Assembly (NCBI RefSeq): GCF_009834535.1
Contig: NC_045697.1
Location: 17,610,001-17,674,000, forward strand
Direction of reading: 5' to 3'
DNA length: 64,000 bases
Source of the DNA: Camelus ferus
Lineage: Eukaryota
Positions 61,797 through 64,000 of this stretch are shown piece by piece; positions within the stretch are counted from its first letter, which is position 1, and every line of letters begins with the position of its first letter. The position numbers and the translations under genes are program-made. The notes beneath the pieces are model-generated. The model saw nothing but the letters and a program-made list of their open reading frames with translations. It did not search any database and was not told the origin of the DNA.

Positions 61797-62079
61797 CTTA
61801 TTGAAGTATAGTTGATTTACAATGTTGCATTAATTTCTTGTGTACAGCATAGTGATTCAGTTATACAAATATATATGTATATATGTATGTATATTCCTTT
61901 TCACATTCTTTTTCATTAAAGGCTATTACAAGGTATTGAATATAGTTCCCTGTGCTATACAGTAGCATCTTGTTGTTTATCTATTTTATATGTAGTAGTT
62001 AGTATCTGCAAATCCCAAACTCCCAATTTATCCCTCTCCACTCCCTTTCCTCCCTAGTAACCATACATTTATCTTCTAG
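61797..62079 (-). mobile_element. L1 3' end, related to the 47195-47664 copy
   Basis: TTGAAGTATAGTTGATTTACAATGTT...AATATAGTTCCCTGTGCTATACAGTAG. Probable TSD AACATAACTTTT (61785-61796) vs AACATAACATTT (62080-62091). Confidence 0.85.
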
Positions 62080-63628
62080 AACATAACATTTGTTCAGTTA
62101 AAAGAGTTTGGATTTTTCCCTGTAATTACAAAAGTAATGCAACATTTCTAAAGTTTTTTTTAAAAGTCTTTTTACTGGATTTTCCATTGGTCAAAATGCC
62201 ATTTGTATATTCCATTATATAGATAGTGAGCGGGTAAAATCTCAGTTAACTTAAGGGCTTTCCCCTGAGGGTGGAACATATATATTAGATGGCTGTCTGC
62301 AAAGAGCTTGTGGCCACTTTATCCTAGTAAAGGATGGGAGTTTCCTCTCTGTCACGTTTTTGGGTAAGTTAATATTAACTCCAGCTTCATTATCAGCCTT
62401 AAGATTTGTCTTAAAACTTTCATCTATGTTAACTCCAGATACACTCCTAGAGTTTAAGACTTAATTTTGATACACAATTATTTGGGGTGTCTATGTATTC
62501 GTATGTACTCACAGCTTTTCCTCCCTGAACTGTGAATCATCTCCTCTTCATGATGCCATCTGCTTCCTCCACCTAAGCTGCTCTGAAATACATTCTAAAG
62601 TCGTCTTCAATAGCTTCTTCTCTGACCTGGAATTTAGGTTCCTGTTCAGGACAATAACATATAGTTTTGGAACCACTGGATACATTATGCCAGCTTCCCT
62701 CCTTTATCAACACACTAATACATTAAAGCAATCTTAGCTGGGTTTCTGTGCCTGCTCTTTGCTGATCAAGTACCTCCCTCCTACCTTGCACTAAATCACA
62801 GGTGTTCAAGTCACCCTGGACTGCAGTGAGCCCTCCCCATGCCCATCCGTTCCTCCCAAGAAATCTAAGCCAAGCTTTCCTGAATCTCTTGGCAACCTTC
62901 CTACAGCATAGGAAATCTTCAAAATTTGCCACCACCTGTCTTGCGTGTTTCATATAAAAATACAAAATGCTACATTTAAAAAATTAAAAAGCCAGTAAAC
63001 TGCCTTCCAAGGTTCAATCTGAGTTTAGAAAATTCATTACAATGGAAAGAGAAGAAAGCTGATCTTTTTTTTCTTTATTGCTGATAGTTAGTGGCATTGA
63101 TAGATCATGGCAGGACCATCTGCAATATGGCCAAATAATTTCACTGGAGAGGATTTTATATAGCTACAGCTAAAATTCAATGAACTGATTCAGAAGACTC
63201 AGTATAAAATATAACAGTGACTTCGAGTGCCAAATCAATTTGGGGGCTGGAAGGGGTGGGAGAGCTGTCCATTCCCTCCCCCTTCATGGATGTGACTTTA
63301 ACTGGAACTGTAAATTCAGAGGCATCAGAGTGGCCAGGCTGTGGGTTACAGTGAGTGATTTAAGAGACCTATCACGAGAAATCAGCAAGTGACTGCAAAC
63401 ACCAATGCTTAGAGAAGCATGTGACTCTGAAGTACGTCCCTAAGAAAAAGCTAGAAGGATATCCTTGAGGACAAGTTAGGAGTTAGCAGTCAGGTGGCTA
63501 GGGTTCTAGGTTTGCAATGTGGATCTCGATCTTCTACCCCAATTCCCTCATTTGTGAAACAAGGGAAATGGATCAGCATAATGGTTTTCAAGGTTTTGCT
63601 TTGTTTCATCTTTTTAGTAGTAGGAGGG

Positions 63629-63666
63629 TTTTGTTTGTTTGTTTGTTTGTTTGTTTGTTTTGTTTT
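63629..63666. repeat. (TTTG)n microsatellite
   Basis: Read directly. Confidence 0.95.
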
Positions 63667-63728
63667 TAACCAATGAATTCATCTTATGTGCTGACTGTTT
63701 GACTTGCTCTCCAGAACCAGACTCCAGC

Positions 63729-64000
63729 TGCTACAGACTGAACGTTTGTGGTCCTTCAAGGTTCATATGTTGAGACCTAATCCTTATTGTGATGGTATTT
63801 GGAGGTTGGGCCTTTGGGAGGTGGTTAGGTCTTTAGGAATCCTCATGATGTGTTTAGTGCCCTTATAAAAAGAGGAGACATGGGATTTTTGTTTCTGTTC
63901 TCTACCATCTGAGGACAGAAGGAGAGGTGGCCACCTGCAAGCCAGGAAGAGGGCTCTCACCACACACCAAATCTGCCAGCACCTTGATCTTAGACTTCCC
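63729..64000 (+). mobile_element. MLT1A/MST-like LTR, cut by the window end
   Basis: TGCTACAGACTGAACGTTTGTG...GATGGTATTTGGAGGTTGGGCCTTTGGGAGG...GTGCCCTTATAAAA...CAGCACCTTGATCTTAGACTTCC. Confidence 0.88.

Overview
Eutherian mammal genomic DNA, not prokaryotic. The window holds the 5' part of CCDC149 on the minus strand: a CpG-island promoter and coding exon 1 (38433-38480), a ~32.7 kb intron, exon 2 (5543-5704) and a 39-nt exon 3 (3571-3609). The gene continues beyond position 1. The spliced frame reads MNGDRTESDWQGLVSE|YLVCKRK...KKKYRELI|DGDPSLPPEKRKQ, with canonical GT-AG boundaries, all phase 0. The rest is intronic or upstream DNA dominated by old repeats: MIR, L2, L1M, MLT1/ERVL LTRs and hAT MITEs. 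I saw no young lineage SINE, which tentatively suggests a camelid-like genome. I found no convincing new multi-gene system. The best leads are an 11-codon uORF (MKPPRARRRRP) whose stop overlaps the CCDC149 start (AUGA), an AmnSINE1-like 5S-derived fragment ~2.7 kb upstream of the start codon, an L1 with an apparent 3' transduction inside an unusually long direct repeat, a 60-bp dispersed near-perfect duplication, a MER53 hairpin with a miR-1302-like arm, and a ~430-nt UG tract before the micro-exon. Repeat family names come from recalled consensus sequences; repeat boundaries are approximate unless a TSD is given.
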